The position numbers and the translations under genes were made by a program. Shown piece by piece: positions 13,109-23,618 of a DNA stretch of 64,000 bases. The notes beneath the pieces are model-generated. The model worked only from the letters and a program-made list of their open reading frames with translations, had not been told where the DNA came from and did no database searches. Position 1 is the stretch's first letter; each line of letters opens with the position of its first letter. This DNA is from an uncultured Gemmatimonadales bacterium. Its GTDB lineage: Bacteria > Gemmatimonadota > Gemmatimonadetes > Gemmatimonadales > GWC2-71-9. Where the stretch lies: assembly GCA_963761885.1 (NCBI GenBank), contig CAVXIN010000005.1, positions 55,734 to 119,733 on the forward strand, written 5' to 3'.

Positions 13109-14244
13109 ACCTGCATGAGTATCAGGCGCGGACGCTGCTGAAGAATGTGGGCATCGCCATGTTCGAAGGCGACGTCGCCTCCACGCCCACCGAAGCCGAG
13201 GCCATCGCGCGACGGATCGGCGGGACGGTGGTGATCAAGGCCCAGGTGCACTCCGGCGGCCGCGGCAAGGCGGGCGGAGTCAAGCTCGCGCGCAATCCCG
13301 CGGAAGCCATGGACGAGGCGGCCCAGATCCTGGGCATGACCATCAAGGGCCTCACCGTCCACAAGGTGCTGGTGGTTCCGGCCGCGGAGATCGTCACCGA
13401 GAGCTATGTCGGCCTCATCATGGATCGGGAGACGCAGCAGCCGGTGTTCATGGTCAGCTCCGCCGGTGGCGTCGACATCGAGGAGGTGGCGGCCAAGACA
13501 CCGGAGAAGATCGTCCGGCTGCCGGTGGATCCCACGCACGGCCTGTTCCCGCATCAGGCGCTCGCGCTCGCCTTCGTGCTGTATCGCGATTTCGCGCAGG
13601 TCAAGGCGGCGGCCAAGATGATGGAACAGCTCTATCGGGCCTTCATCGACAACGGCGCGTCGCTCGCCGAGATCAATCCCCTGGTCACCACGCCCGACGG
13701 CAGGGTGCTGGCCCTCGACGCCAAGATCGTCATCGACGACAACGAGCTCTTCTGGCGCCCCGACCTGGGCTTGCTGCGTGACGACTCCGCGGAAGAGCCC
13801 AGCGAAGCCGCGGCCCGCCGGGCCAACCTGTCCTTCATCAAGCTCGACGGCAACGTGGGGTGCGTGGTCAACGGCGCCGGGCTCGCCATGGCGACGATGG
13901 ACCTGGTGAAGTACTACGGTGGCGAGCCGGCCAACTTCCTCGACATCGGCGGCAGCTCGAGCCCGGAGAAGGTGATCAACGCGCTCAAGATCATCACCGC
14001 CGACCCCCACGTGAAGGCGATTCTGTTCAACATCTTCGGAGGCATCACCCGAACCGACGACGTGGCGAACGGCCTCGTGGCCGCCACCAAACAGTTCAAG
14101 GTGAATGTGCCGATCGTCATCCGCCTCACCGGCACCAACGAGGCCGAGGCCATTCGGATCCTCAACGAGGTTGGCATGACCGCTCTGAGCGACATGGACG
14201 AGGCGGTGCAGCGAGTGGTGAAGCTGGCCCAGGGGGCCGCGTGA
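13105..14244 (+). CDS. sucC: succinyl-CoA synthetase beta subunit
   Basis: [47 protein letters not shown]. The GTG start overlaps the arcC stop (GTGA). Confidence 0.95.
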   Translation: MNLHEYQARTLLKNVGIAMFEGDVASTPTEAEAIARRIGGTVVIKAQVHSGGRGKAGGVKLARNPAEAMDEAAQILGMTIKGLTVHKVLVVPAAEIVTESYVGLIMDRETQQPVFMVSSAGGVDIEEVAAKTPEKIVRLPVDPTHGLFPHQALALAFVLYRDFAQVKAAAKMMEQLYRAFIDNGASLAEINPLVTTPDGRVLALDAKIVIDDNELFWRPDLGLLRDDSAEEPSEAAARRANLSFIKLDGNVGCVVNGAGLAMATMDLVKYYGGEPANFLDIGGSSSPEKVINALKIITADPHVKAILFNIFGGITRTDDVANGLVAATKQFKVNVPIVIRLTGTNEAEAIRILNEVGMTALSDMDEAVQRVVKLAQGAA

Positions 14245-15134
14245 GCATCTTCGCCGACAGCGCGACGCGGCTCGTCATTCAGGGGATCACCGGGCGGGAA
14301 GGATCCTTTCACGCCCGCCAGATGATCGAGTACGGGACCAACGTCGTGGCGGGGGTCACGCCGGGTAAGGGCGGCCAGACGTTCGAAGGCAAGGTGCCGG
14401 TGTATAACACCGTGGCCGACGCCGTGAAGGCCACCCAGGCCAACACGGCCGTCATCTACGTGCCACCGATGGGCGCGGCCGCCGCGGTCATCGAGGCGGT
14501 TGACTCGGGCATCCCGCTGGTCGTCTGCATCACCGAGGGCATCCCGGTCCTGCACATGAGCCGGGCGATGCCGTTCGTCCGGAGTCGCGGCGCCCGGCTC
14601 ATCGGACCCAACTGCCCCGGGCTCATCACGCCGGGCGCGCGGGCCAAGATCGGCATCATTCCCGGCAACATCTGCTCGCCCGGCCGAGTCGGCCTGGTGT
14701 CGCGCAGCGGCACGCTGACCTACGAGGTGGTGAATCATCTCACCCGGAACGGCATCGGTCAGAGCACCTGTGTCGGCATCGGCGGAGATCCCATCATCGG
14801 GACCAATTTCATCGACTGCCTGGCCGCGTTTCAGGACGACCCGGAAACCGAGGCGATCGTGATGATCGGGGAGATCGGTGGCACCGACGAGCAGAACGCC
14901 GCCGCCTTCGTCAAGGCGAAGGTGACGAAGCCCGTGGTCGGGTTCATCGCCGGGCAGACCGCGCCCAAGGGGCGGCGGATGGGCCACGCCGGCGCGATCA
15001 TCTCGGGCTCGTCCGGCACCGCGGAAGAGAAGCTGGCGGCGTTCGAGGCGGCGGGCATCGCCATCATGCGTCGGCCGGTGGACGTGGTGGAGCTGCTCAA
15101 GGCCAAGACCGGGGCCAAGCCCACCAGGAAGTAG
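14241..15134 (+). CDS. sucD: succinyl-CoA synthetase alpha subunit
   Basis: ..[41 protein letters not shown] (catalytic His loop). GTG overlaps the sucC stop. Confidence 0.95.
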   Translation: MSIFADSATRLVIQGITGREGSFHARQMIEYGTNVVAGVTPGKGGQTFEGKVPVYNTVADAVKATQANTAVIYVPPMGAAAAVIEAVDSGIPLVVCITEGIPVLHMSRAMPFVRSRGARLIGPNCPGLITPGARAKIGIIPGNICSPGRVGLVSRSGTLTYEVVNHLTRNGIGQSTCVGIGGDPIIGTNFIDCLAAFQDDPETEAIVMIGEIGGTDEQNAAAFVKAKVTKPVVGFIAGQTAPKGRRMGHAGAIISGSSGTAEEKLAAFEAAGIAIMRRPVDVVELLKAKTGAKPTRK

Positions 15135-15156
15135 CTCACTCGCTCAGGAGACCAGC

Positions 15157-15591
15157 TTGGTATCACACTCCCTCACGCTCGGCATCGTCAAGCCGGACGC
15201 CGTCGCCGGCAACAAGGCCGGCAAGATCGTCGCCCATCTGGAACAGGCCGGCTTCGTGCTGCGCGCGGCGCGGCTCACCCGGCTGACCACGGCGCAGGCG
15301 GGCGCGTTCTACGAAGTCCACCGGGGCCGCCCGTTCTACGACGAGCTGGTCAAGTTCATGACCAGCGGCCCCTGCCTCCCCATGGCGCTGGAGCGCGAAG
15401 AGGCCGTGGCGCATCTCCGCACCGTGATCGGCGCGACCGACCCGGCAGAGGCTGCCGCCGGCACCATCCGGAAACTCTATGCCGAGTCCAAGGGCCGGAA
15501 CGCGATTCACGCCTCGGACAGCCAGGACAACGCCGACCGGGAAGTGCGCTTTTTCTTCAGCGAGGGCGAGGTCGCAGGACTCTGGTCGTAG
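15157..15591 (+). CDS. ndk: nucleoside-diphosphate kinase
   Basis: [43 protein letters not shown] (active-site His). AGGAG precedes the TTG start. Confidence 0.9.
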   Translation: MVSHSLTLGIVKPDAVAGNKAGKIVAHLEQAGFVLRAARLTRLTTAQAGAFYEVHRGRPFYDELVKFMTSGPCLPMALEREEAVAHLRTVIGATDPAEAAAGTIRKLYAESKGRNAIHASDSQDNADREVRFFFSEGEVAGLWS

Positions 15592-15592
15592 G

Positions 15593-15621
15593 TTGCTTCA
15601 AGTGATTGTCCCGGTTACGTT
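15593..15621 (+). promoter_or_regulatory. sigma-70-like promoter candidate TTGCTT-N17-TACGTT upstream of yceD-rpmF-plsX-fab operon
   Basis: Hexamers at 15593-15598 and 15616-15621. The ATG at 15630 lies only 8 nt after the -10-like hexamer and has no Shine-Dalgarno sequence, which suggests a leaderless or near-leaderless transcript. Confidence 0.35.
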
Positions 15622-15629
15622 AAGCGGCT

Positions 15630-16106
15630 ATGCTGCGCGTGGACATTCGGGACCTCCAGCGGGGGCCTGTCCGGACGGTCGGCGAGCTGCCGCCGGAGGA
15701 TCCGACGTTCGATGGGCTGGGGCTCGACCTGATCGGTCCGGTCACGGTCGAGGGTCAGCTGCAGGCCACCGGGGATGGGGAGTATCTCTGGCGGGGCGAT
15801 GTGCACGGATCGGTGCGGGGGGAATGCCGCCGCTGCCTGGTCGAGGTCATCGACGAGGTGGATGTCGCGGTGGACGCCGCCGTGTTCAGCTCCGACCCTG
15901 AAGCGGCCGACGATCCCGATTTCTATCCCCTACCGGAACGAGCGGGAGCGGTGGACGTAGCGGCGGTGGTGCGCGAAGAGCTCGCCCTGGCCGCCCATGC
16001 GCATCTGCTGCTCTGTCGGGATGATTGTGCGGGACTGTGCCCCAAATGCGGGGCCGATTTGAACGCGGGGCCGTGCGCCTGTCACACTCCCGCCGAACCA
16101 GTCTGA
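15630..16106 (+). CDS. yceD: DUF177 / YceD-family protein (23S rRNA accumulation protein)
   Basis: 158 aa, acidic, with C-terminal Cys clusters (ECRRCL .. CAGLCPKCGADLNAGPCAC). It occupies the conserved position directly upstream of rpmF. Confidence 0.8.
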   Translation: MLRVDIRDLQRGPVRTVGELPPEDPTFDGLGLDLIGPVTVEGQLQATGDGEYLWRGDVHGSVRGECRRCLVEVIDEVDVAVDAAVFSSDPEAADDPDFYPLPERAGAVDVAAVVREELALAAHAHLLLCRDDCAGLCPKCGADLNAGPCACHTPAEPV

Positions 16107-16113
16107 GGGTCAC

Positions 16114-16296
16114 ATGGCAGTTCCGAAGCGCCGTACCTCCAAGATGAAGAAGCGCCTGCGGCGGGGTCACCATGCGGCCGCCAGCATGCGCACCCAGGCG
16201 TGTCCCCGGTGCAGCTCGCCCAAGCTGCCGCACCGGGTCTGCGATTCCTGCGGTTACTACGCCGGCAAGAAGCGGGTCGAGGTCGAGGACGCCTGA
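16114..16296 (+). CDS. rpmF: 50S ribosomal protein L32
   Basis: MAVPKRRTSKMKKRLRRGHH..CPRCSSPKLPHRVCDSCGYY. Confidence 0.95.
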   Translation: MAVPKRRTSKMKKRLRRGHHAAASMRTQACPRCSSPKLPHRVCDSCGYYAGKKRVEVEDA

Positions 16297-16298
16297 GC

Positions 16299-17311
16299 GT
16301 GATTCGCGTCGCGCTGGACGCGATGGGGGGGACAGCGCTCCGCGGACCGAGATCGCGGGGATGGTGCAGGCACTCAAGGAGCTGCCTGACGGCTTCCTGA
16401 TCCAGCTGGTGGGGCGCACGAGCGCGATCGAGGCGGAGCTGGCGCGACATCCTGAAATCGATCGGGCACGCGTCGAGCTGCACGAGGCGCCCGACGTCAT
16501 CGGCATGAGTGAAAAGCCGCTCCAGGCCGTCCGGAAGAAGCCCAAGTCGAGTCTGGTCGTCGGGCTCGGCCTGCAGCGCGACGGCCGCTCCGACGCCTTC
16601 ATCTCCGCAGGCAATACCGGCGCGATGCTCGCCGGCTCCACCATGCTCCTCGGGCTCCATGACGGCGTCGATCGCGCCACCGTGGCCACGCTGTTTCCCA
16701 CCGGATCCGAACCCGTCCTGGTCCTCGATGGTGGCGCCAATCTCGACTGCTCCCCCCGCGAGCTGCTCGGCTTCGCCTATCTGGGAACCGTCTACATGCG
16801 CGATCTCATGGGGCGGCCCAACCCGGTCGTCGGACTCCTCAACATCGGTGAGGAAGAAGAGAAGGGCACCGCCATCGTGCGCGAGGCGCACCAGCTCCTG
16901 AAACAGGCCCCTCGAATCAACTACGCCGGCAACATCGAAGGCCGGGATATCCTCCCCGGCCCGCAGCAGCGCATTCCGGTGGACGTGGTCGTCTGTGACG
17001 GGTTCGTGGGCAATGTCGTCCTCAAGTTCTACGAGTCCTCGGCTCGGGTGTTCGTCGGCCTTCTCAAGGAGCGGATCCCGGACGTGTTCGATCGGCCCGA
17101 AATGGCCGATCTCAACCGGATCCTGGACTACTCGACCTACGGCGGCGCGCCCCTGCTCGGCGTGAAGGGCGTGTCCATCGTGGGCCACGGCGCGTCCAGC
17201 CCCAATGCCATCAAGAACGCCATCCGGGTTGCGGTGCAGGCGGCAAGCGCCGGCCTCAGCCAGCACATCGGCGCCGAGTTCGCGCAGCGCCAGACGGTGG
17301 CCCCGGCGTGA
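16299..17311 (+). pseudogene. plsX: phosphate acyltransferase PlsX, one frame break in a G homopolymer
   Basis: VIRVALDAMGG is in one frame. After the G7 run at 16325-16331 (G8 would keep the frame) the rest of the protein (..DSAPRTEIAGMVQAL..ISAGNTGA..CDGFVGNVVLK..) is in the -1 frame. Confidence 0.9.
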
Positions 17312-18300
17312 TCCCGCGTCCGTTCGCCGAGCTGGCGAGTGTCGGCATCGCGGTGCCGGACCGGGTCCTGACTAACCACGACCTCACCCAGATGCTCGAC
17401 ACCTCCGACGAGTGGATCGTGGAGCGCACCGGCATCCGGGAGCGTCGGATCGCGCGGCAGGACGAGAGCGTCGCCATGCTCAGCTGCTCCGCGGCGGAGA
17501 TCGCGCTGGAGCGAGCCGGCGTGACAGCGAGTGAGCTGGACAGCATCGTGCTGGCGACCGCCAGCCCTGACCGTCTCCTGCCGTCCACCGCGTGCGACGT
17601 ACAGGCCCTGCTCGGCGCCGACAACGCCGCGGCGTTCGACATCGGTGCCGCCTGCCCCGGCTATCTGTATGCCCTCACCGTCGCCGAAGGGCTCATCGCC
17701 TCGGGGCAGAGCCGGACCGTGCTGGTGATCGGCGCGGAGAAGCTCTCCACCATCACGGACTTCACCGATCGCTCGACGGCCATTCTCTTCGGTGACGGCG
17801 CCGGGGCGTCGGTCGTACGCCGGTCATCGACGCCGGGACGGGGACTGCTCTCGACCTTTCTCAAGTCGGACGGCCGCCTCGCCCCGCTCCTCTATCGCCC
17901 CGGGGGCGGGTCGTCCGATCCGATCAGCGAGAAGGTGGTCTGCGACCGGTCGCACTACATGAAGATGGCCGGTCGGGAGGTGTTCAAAGCCGCGGTGCTC
18001 GCCATGGCGGAGGCGTGCGATGAAGCCCTCACTCGGGCCGGGGTGACCGCCGAGCAGATCGACCTCCTGATCCCGCACCAGGCGAACCTCCGAATCATCG
18101 ATGCCACCGCGAAGCACGCGGGCATCCCGATGTCCAAGGTGATGGTCAACCTGGACCGCTACGGGAACACGTCCTCCGCGTCCATCCCCCTCGCGCTCGA
18201 CCAGGCGGTGGCCGAGGGTCGGGTCGGTCCGGGATCGCTGGTGCTGCTGGTCGCGTTCGGCGCCGGCTTCACCTGGGGCAGCGCCGTCGTCCGGTGGTAA
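17308..18300 (+). CDS. fabH: 3-oxoacyl-ACP synthase III
   Basis: ..TSDEWIVERTGIRERR..AACPGYLYAL..PHQANLRII..YGNTSSASIPLAL... Intact 330 aa. Confidence 0.95.
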   Translation: MIPRPFAELASVGIAVPDRVLTNHDLTQMLDTSDEWIVERTGIRERRIARQDESVAMLSCSAAEIALERAGVTASELDSIVLATASPDRLLPSTACDVQALLGADNAAAFDIGAACPGYLYALTVAEGLIASGQSRTVLVIGAEKLSTITDFTDRSTAILFGDGAGASVVRRSSTPGRGLLSTFLKSDGRLAPLLYRPGGGSSDPISEKVVCDRSHYMKMAGREVFKAAVLAMAEACDEALTRAGVTAEQIDLLIPHQANLRIIDATAKHAGIPMSKVMVNLDRYGNTSSASIPLALDQAVAEGRVGPGSLVLLVAFGAGFTWGSAVVRW

Positions 18301-19221
18301 CGGTCCTGATGTGTCCGGGCCAGGGCGCGCAGCGCGTCGGCATGGGGAAGGATCTCGCCGAGCGATTTCCGGCCGCGCGCGACACCTTCGGCGCCATCGA
18401 CGAGACGCTCGGGGTCCCGCTGTCCCGCATCATGTGGGAAGGGCCCGAGGAGGAGCTGACCCGCACCCATAACGCGCAGCCGGCGATCCTCGCCCACACG
18501 GCCGCGGTGCTCGCGGTCGTGGGTGAGCGGATCGGATCGGTGGCCGCGGCGGCGGGGCACAGCCTGGGGGAGTACAGTGCCCATGTGGCCGCCCGAGCCC
18601 TCACCGTCACCGACGGGGCAGCGGCTGGTCCGGCGTCGCGGCGAGCTCATGCTCGCCGCGGGCAAGGCCCGCCCCGGCGCGATGGCCGCGGTGCTCGGCC
18701 TCGCCACCGCAGAGGTCGAGCTCGCCTGCAACGGGGCGTCCGGTGAGCGCGGCGTCGCTGTGGCCGCCAATCTCAATGCCCCCGACCAGACCGTCATCTC
18801 GGGCGATCCGGATGCGGTCGCCGCTGCGGGTGAGGCCTGCAAGACGCGCGGGGCCAAGCGCGTCATCGCCCTGAAGGTCAGCGGCGCGTTCCACTCCCCC
18901 TCATGGCTCCGTCGGTGGACGGCCTGCGCGAGGCACTCGCGGCGGTCGCTTTCGCCGATCCGGCATTTCCGGTGATCGCGAACGCGAGCGGGACCGCAGT
19001 CCGTACCGGAGTCGACGCCAAGCGCCTGCTCGCCGATCAGCTCACCGCCCCGGTGCGCTGGGTCGCCTGCATGCGGGCGGCCGCCGAGCTCGCGCCCGGC
19101 GCGAGGTTCATCGAGGTCGGGCCCGGGCGCCGTGCTCGCCGGCCTGCTCAAGCGCATCGTCCCCGAAGCGCGCGCGGTGACGCTCGGGACCGCCGACGAA
19201 GTGGAGAAGTTCCTCGCATGA
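18294..19221 (+). pseudogene. fabD: malonyl-CoA:ACP transacylase, 3 frame breaks
   Basis: CPGQGAQRVGMG and GHSLGEYSA are in the first frame. LVRRRGELMLAAG..ANLNAPDQTVISG..VSGAFHSP follow after the G run at 18615-18618. LMAPSVDGL..VRWV follow after the C5 run at 18896-18900 (C6 would be needed). The tail VLAGLLKRIVPEARAVTLGTADEVEKFLA follows after ~19130. Confidence 0.9.
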
Positions 19222-19231
19222 GACTTCCGTC

Positions 19232-19975
19232 ATGTCGATGACGATCGATCTCACCGGCAAGGTCGCCTTCATCACCGGCAGCACGCGGGGCATCGGCCTC
19301 GCGATCGCGCGGGCCTACCACGGCGCCGGCGCCAAGGTGGCCATCGTCGGGCGGGATCCGGAGCGGGCCCGCGCCGTTGCCGCGGAGTTCGGCGAGCGCA
19401 CCACCGGCGTCGGCTGCGACGTCGCGCGGGCCGAGCAGGTCGAGGCGGCGCTCACGGCGGTGGAAGCCGCGCTCGGTCCGCTCGACATCCTGGTGAACAA
19501 CGCGGGCCTCACCCGGGACAACATCCTGCTGCGACTCACCGAGGCCGATTGGGACGCGGTGCTCGACGCCAACCTGAAGGGCGCGTTCCATACGACCCGC
19601 GCCGCGGTCAAGGGCATGATGAAGCGGCGGAGCGGCCGGATCATCAACGTCACGAGCATCGTGGGGCTGGTGGGCAACAAGGGACAGGCGAACTACGCCG
19701 CGAGCAAGGCCGGCCTGATCGGCTTCACCAAGTCGGTCGCGAAGGAGTATGCCGGCCGCGGTATCCTGGCCAATTGCATCGCCCCGGGGTATATCGAGAC
19801 CGACATGACCCGCGGCTTGCCCGACGCCGCCAAGGCCACATTATTACAGGACATCGCGTTGGGGCGTCTGGGACGGCCCGAGGATGTGGCCGGTGCGGCG
19901 CTGTTTCTCGCCTCCGATCTCGCCGCCTACATCACCGGCCAGGTCCTGGTGGTCGACGGCGGTATGGTCATCTGA
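19232..19975 (+). CDS. fabG: 3-oxoacyl-ACP reductase
   Basis: SDR motifs [23 protein letters not shown]; 247 aa. Confidence 0.95.
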   Translation: MSMTIDLTGKVAFITGSTRGIGLAIARAYHGAGAKVAIVGRDPERARAVAAEFGERTTGVGCDVARAEQVEAALTAVEAALGPLDILVNNAGLTRDNILLRLTEADWDAVLDANLKGAFHTTRAAVKGMMKRRSGRIINVTSIVGLVGNKGQANYAASKAGLIGFTKSVAKEYAGRGILANCIAPGYIETDMTRGLPDAAKATLLQDIALGRLGRPEDVAGAALFLASDLAAYITGQVLVVDGGMVI

Positions 19976-20004
19976 ATGCGCTTGAAACTCCAATCGAGGA
20001 TCAC

Positions 20005-20244
20005 ATGAGCAACGTCGAAGAGAAGGTCAAGGACATCATCGTCGAGGAGCTGGGCGTGGAACGCGAGAAGCTGACCGGTGAAGCGAGCTTCATGGAGGAT
20101 CTCGGCGCGGACAGCCTTGACACCGTCGAGCTGGTCATGGCCTTCGAGAAGGAATTCGACATCGACATCCCCGACGAAGATGCGGAAAAGCTCCGCACGG
20201 TGGGCGACGCGATGAATTACCTGCACGAGAAGATCGGGAAGTAG
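20005..20244 (+). CDS. acpP: acyl carrier protein
   Basis: [35 protein letters not shown] (phosphopantetheine Ser). GAGGA precedes the ATG. Confidence 0.95.
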   Translation: MSNVEEKVKDIIVEELGVEREKLTGEASFMEDLGADSLDTVELVMAFEKEFDIDIPDEDAEKLRTVGDAMNYLHEKIGK

Positions 20245-20245
20245 C

Positions 20246-21488
20246 TTGGCGAAACGTGTCGTCGTCACCGGCCTCGGGCTGGTGACCCCGGTCGGGAACG
20301 ACGTCGATTCCACCTGGTCCGCGCTGCTGGCGGGCACGCCCGGCGCCGCCCCGATCAAGAAGTTCGACCCCGCCGCGCTCTCGGTCCGATTCGCGTGCGA
20401 GGTCAAGGGCTTCGATCCGCTGCAGTACATCGACAGGAAGGAAGCGCGAAGGTACGACCTCTTCGCGCAGTTCGCCCTGGCGGCGGCGCACCAGGCCGTC
20501 ACCCAGGCCGGGCTCGATCGCGACGTGCCCGCCCCCGAGCGCACCGGTGTGGTGATCGGAAGCGGCATCGGTGGCATGCAGACCTACGAGGACAACTGCC
20601 GGGCGTACATCACCAAGGGCCCCGACCGGGTCTCTCCATTCTTCGTGCCGATGTTCATCCCCGACATCGCCGCCGGCCTGGTGTCCATTCGGTACGGGCT
20701 CAAGGGACCGAACTTCGCCACGGTGTCGGCCTGCGCGTCGTCGGCGCACGCGATCGGCGAGTCGTTCAACCTCATCCGCAATGGCATGGCCGACGCCATG
20801 GTCACCGGCGGGGCCGAGGCCTCGATCACGGGGCTGACCGTCGCCGCCTTCTCCAACATGAAGGCGCTGTCGGCGCGCAACGACAGTCCCGAGACCGCCA
20901 GTCGCCCGTTCGACCGCGACCGCGATGGCTTCGTGCTGGCCGACGGCGGCGCGATCGTGGTGCTCGAGAGCCTCGAGCACGCGGAACGGCGGGGCGCCAC
21001 GATCCTCGGCGAGGTGCTCGGGTACGGCGCCAGCGGCGACGCCTACCACATCACCTCGCCGGCCGAGCATGGCGAGGGCGCGCAGCGCGCGATGCGCGCC
21101 TCTCTTGCCGACGGAGGCATCGACCCGGCGCGCGTGGACTACATCAACGCCCACGGCACCTCGACCCAGCAGGGCGACGTCGCGGAGACCGAGGCGGTCA
21201 AGGCGGTGTTCGGGGAACAGGCGCGCAAGCTCGTGTTCGGGTCCACCAAGTCGATGACCGGCCACCTGCTAGGCGCCGCCGGTGCGCTCGAGTTCGGCGT
21301 CTGCCTCCTGGTCACCAGCTGCGGCGTCCTCCCTCCGACGATCAACCAGTTCACGTCCGATCCCGAGTGCGATCTCGACTGCGCGCCCAACCACAAGATC
21401 GAGCGCAAGGTGGATGTCGCGGTGTCCAACTCCTTCGGATTCGGCGGGCACAACGTCTCCCTCGCTCGTGAGCGCCTTCCGAGCCTGA
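20246..21488 (+). pseudogene. fabF: 3-oxoacyl-ACP synthase II, one frame break about 8 codons before the stop
   Basis: ..VVVTGLGLVTPVG..SACASSAHAIG..NAHGTSTQQGD..GHLLGAAGALE..SFGFGGHNVSL. The natural-looking end LVSAFRA-stop (TGA 21486-21488) is in the next frame after ~21463. As assembled, the ORF instead runs on to 21670. Confidence 0.9.
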
Positions 21489-21585
21489 GTCCCCTCCCGC
21501 CAACAGCCCGGGAGCGCGCTGGCACGCCGCGCCGCACCGGGTGTACATTCCGGCATCGTTACCTCCGCAGCCGCAAGGAGATAGG

Positions 21586-22782
21586 ATGTCCGGCACCATC
21601 GATGGCGGCCGTCTGCGCGACCCCGTTCTGCGCCCCATCGCCGACAAGGTCCTGGCGGGCCTGCGCCTGACGGCGGAGGAGGGAGTGGCTCTCTACGCCA
21701 CAACCGACCTCCTCGGCCTCGGCACCATCGCGGATTTCGCCAATCGGCGGCGGAACGGGGACCGGGTGTACTTCTCCGCCAACCAGCACATCAACCCCAC
21801 CAACGTATGCATCCTCCGGAACACCTGCGTGTTCTGCTCCTTCGCGCGGATGCCCAAGGAGGAGGGGTCCTATACCCGGTCGCTGGAAGAGGTGTTCCAC
21901 GAGGCGGAGCAGGCGCGCGGCATGCCGACACGGGAGTTCCACATCGTCGGCGGGTTGCACCCGAAGCTCCGGCTCTCGTACTACACCGACATGATCCGCG
22001 GCCTGAAGGAGCGCCATCCGCAGGTGCACATCAAGGCGCTCACCGCGGTGGAGATCGCCCACCTGGCACGTATCGAGAAGGTCTCCGAGCGGGAGGTGCT
22101 GCTGGCCATGAAGGAGGCCGGCCTCACCAGCCTGCCCGGGGGCGGTGCCGAAGTGTTCAGCACCGCGGTGCGCGCCACCATCGCCGAGCGCAAGCTGACC
22201 GGCGAAGAGTGGCTCCGGGTGCATCGCGTCGCCCACGAGCTGGGCATACCTACCAACTGCACCATGCTCTACGGTCACGTGGAGACCCCCGAGGACCGGA
22301 TCGCTCATCTGTCCCAGCTCCGCGCGCTGCAGGACGACACCGGTGGATTCCTGACCTACATCCCGCTGGCCTATCACCCCGACCACAACGAGCTGGGCGA
22401 GGAGATGGGACGGGTCGGCACCGCGACCACGGGGTACGAGGATCTCAAGAACATCGCGGTGGCGCGATTGTTCCTCGACAATATTCCCCACGTCAAGACA
22501 CACTGGCCGATGGTCACCCCGTTTCTGTCGCAGATCGCGCTGGACTTCGGCTGTGACGACGTGGAAGGCACGGTCGTGTACGAGCGGATCTATCACGAGG
22601 CGGGCGCGCTCACGGACATGCACCTCCCGTATCTCGAGCTGGTTCGGCTCATCCGGGGTGCGGGGAAGCGGCCCGAGGAGCGGGACAGTCTCTACCGAAC
22701 GGTCCGCGACCAGTTCGACGATCCGCCACCCGAGCCGTCCCTGCGGCGGGGGGCGTCCCTTCCCGTGGTCCACGCGGCATGA
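21586..22782 (+). CDS. mqnE: radical-SAM aminofutalosine synthase (MqnE-like; MqnE/MqnC family)
   Basis: AAGGAG precedes ATG 21586. ..NQHINPTNVCILRNTCVFCSFAR (radical-SAM Cys triad), ..HIVGGLHP.., ..CTMLYGHVE... Clustered with mqnA and a second family member. Confidence 0.8.
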   Translation: MSGTIDGGRLRDPVLRPIADKVLAGLRLTAEEGVALYATTDLLGLGTIADFANRRRNGDRVYFSANQHINPTNVCILRNTCVFCSFARMPKEEGSYTRSLEEVFHEAEQARGMPTREFHIVGGLHPKLRLSYYTDMIRGLKERHPQVHIKALTAVEIAHLARIEKVSEREVLLAMKEAGLTSLPGGGAEVFSTAVRATIAERKLTGEEWLRVHRVAHELGIPTNCTMLYGHVETPEDRIAHLSQLRALQDDTGGFLTYIPLAYHPDHNELGEEMGRVGTATTGYEDLKNIAVARLFLDNIPHVKTHWPMVTPFLSQIALDFGCDDVEGTVVYERIYHEAGALTDMHLPYLELVRLIRGAGKRPEERDSLYRTVRDQFDDPPPEPSLRRGASLPVVHAA

Positions 22783-23600
22783 AGCTGGGTCGGATTCCCT
22801 GGATCAACTGCTACCCGATCTATGCCGCGATCGACCGCGGACTGGTGTCGGTGCCGGCGGATCTGGTGAGCGGCACCGCCTCCGAGTTGAACGACCTGCT
22901 CGCGGCCGGTGAGCTGCAGGTGAGTGTGGTCTCGGCCGTCGAGTACGCCCGCAACGCCGTCGAGTACCATCTGCTGCCCGACCTGGCGATCTCCTGCGAC
23001 GGCCCAGTGCACAGCGTCGCCCTCTTCAGCCGTCGGCCCCCGACCGAGCTGGAGGGACGGACGATCCTGATCACGGCTTCGTCCCGGACCAGCGTTCTCC
23101 TGCTCGAGCTGCTCTGCCGGCATCGGTGGGGCGTGCGCCCGCACTTCGTCTCGGCCCGAGCCGAGGCGCCTGATCTCGCGGGCCTCGAGGGACTGCCGCA
23201 CGAAGCGGTGCTGGTAATAGGCGACGCCGCACTGATGCTGGCGGCGAAATCGCAGTATCCGGTGCGGGTGGATCTCGGTGCGGAGTGGAAGGACTGGACC
23301 GGCCTCCCGTTCGTCTTCGCGGTATGGGCCGCGAGACGCGACGCGCGAGCGGAGGGGGTCAAGGCGGTCCACCGGGGCCTGCTCGACTCTCGCGCCTGGG
23401 GGCTGACTCACCTGGACCAGCTGGCCCAGGAGGCCCATCGCCGGACCGGTGTGAGCGAGCCGGCGTGCCGGGCCTATCTGGACGATCTGGACTACGCCCT
23501 GTCCTACCGCCACCTCGCGGGCCTGACCGACTTCTTCCGCCGCCTTGCCGCCGAAGGCATGGTGCCCGACGGCTCGCTGTCGTTCATTTCGGCTGCGTAA
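22779..23600 (+). CDS. mqnA: MqnA/MqnD-family menaquinone (futalosine pathway) protein, probably chorismate dehydratase MqnA
   Basis: MKLGRIPWINCYPIYAAI..GELQVSVVSAVEY..PFVFAVWAAR..; 273 aa. The ATG overlaps the mqnE stop. Confidence 0.7.
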   Translation: MKLGRIPWINCYPIYAAIDRGLVSVPADLVSGTASELNDLLAAGELQVSVVSAVEYARNAVEYHLLPDLAISCDGPVHSVALFSRRPPTELEGRTILITASSRTSVLLLELLCRHRWGVRPHFVSARAEAPDLAGLEGLPHEAVLVIGDAALMLAAKSQYPVRVDLGAEWKDWTGLPFVFAVWAARRDARAEGVKAVHRGLLDSRAWGLTHLDQLAQEAHRRTGVSEPACRAYLDDLDYALSYRHLAGLTDFFRRLAAEGMVPDGSLSFISAA

Positions 23601-23618
23601 CCATAAAGGCTTGCAGAT

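Noticed and set aside
21541-21585. The upstream start (21541) given by the ORF track for the mqnE-like gene.
   Set aside because: ATG 21586 is preceded by AAGGAG at optimal spacing, and the extra 15 codons (MYIPASLPPQPQGDR) have no counterpart in the family as I remember it.
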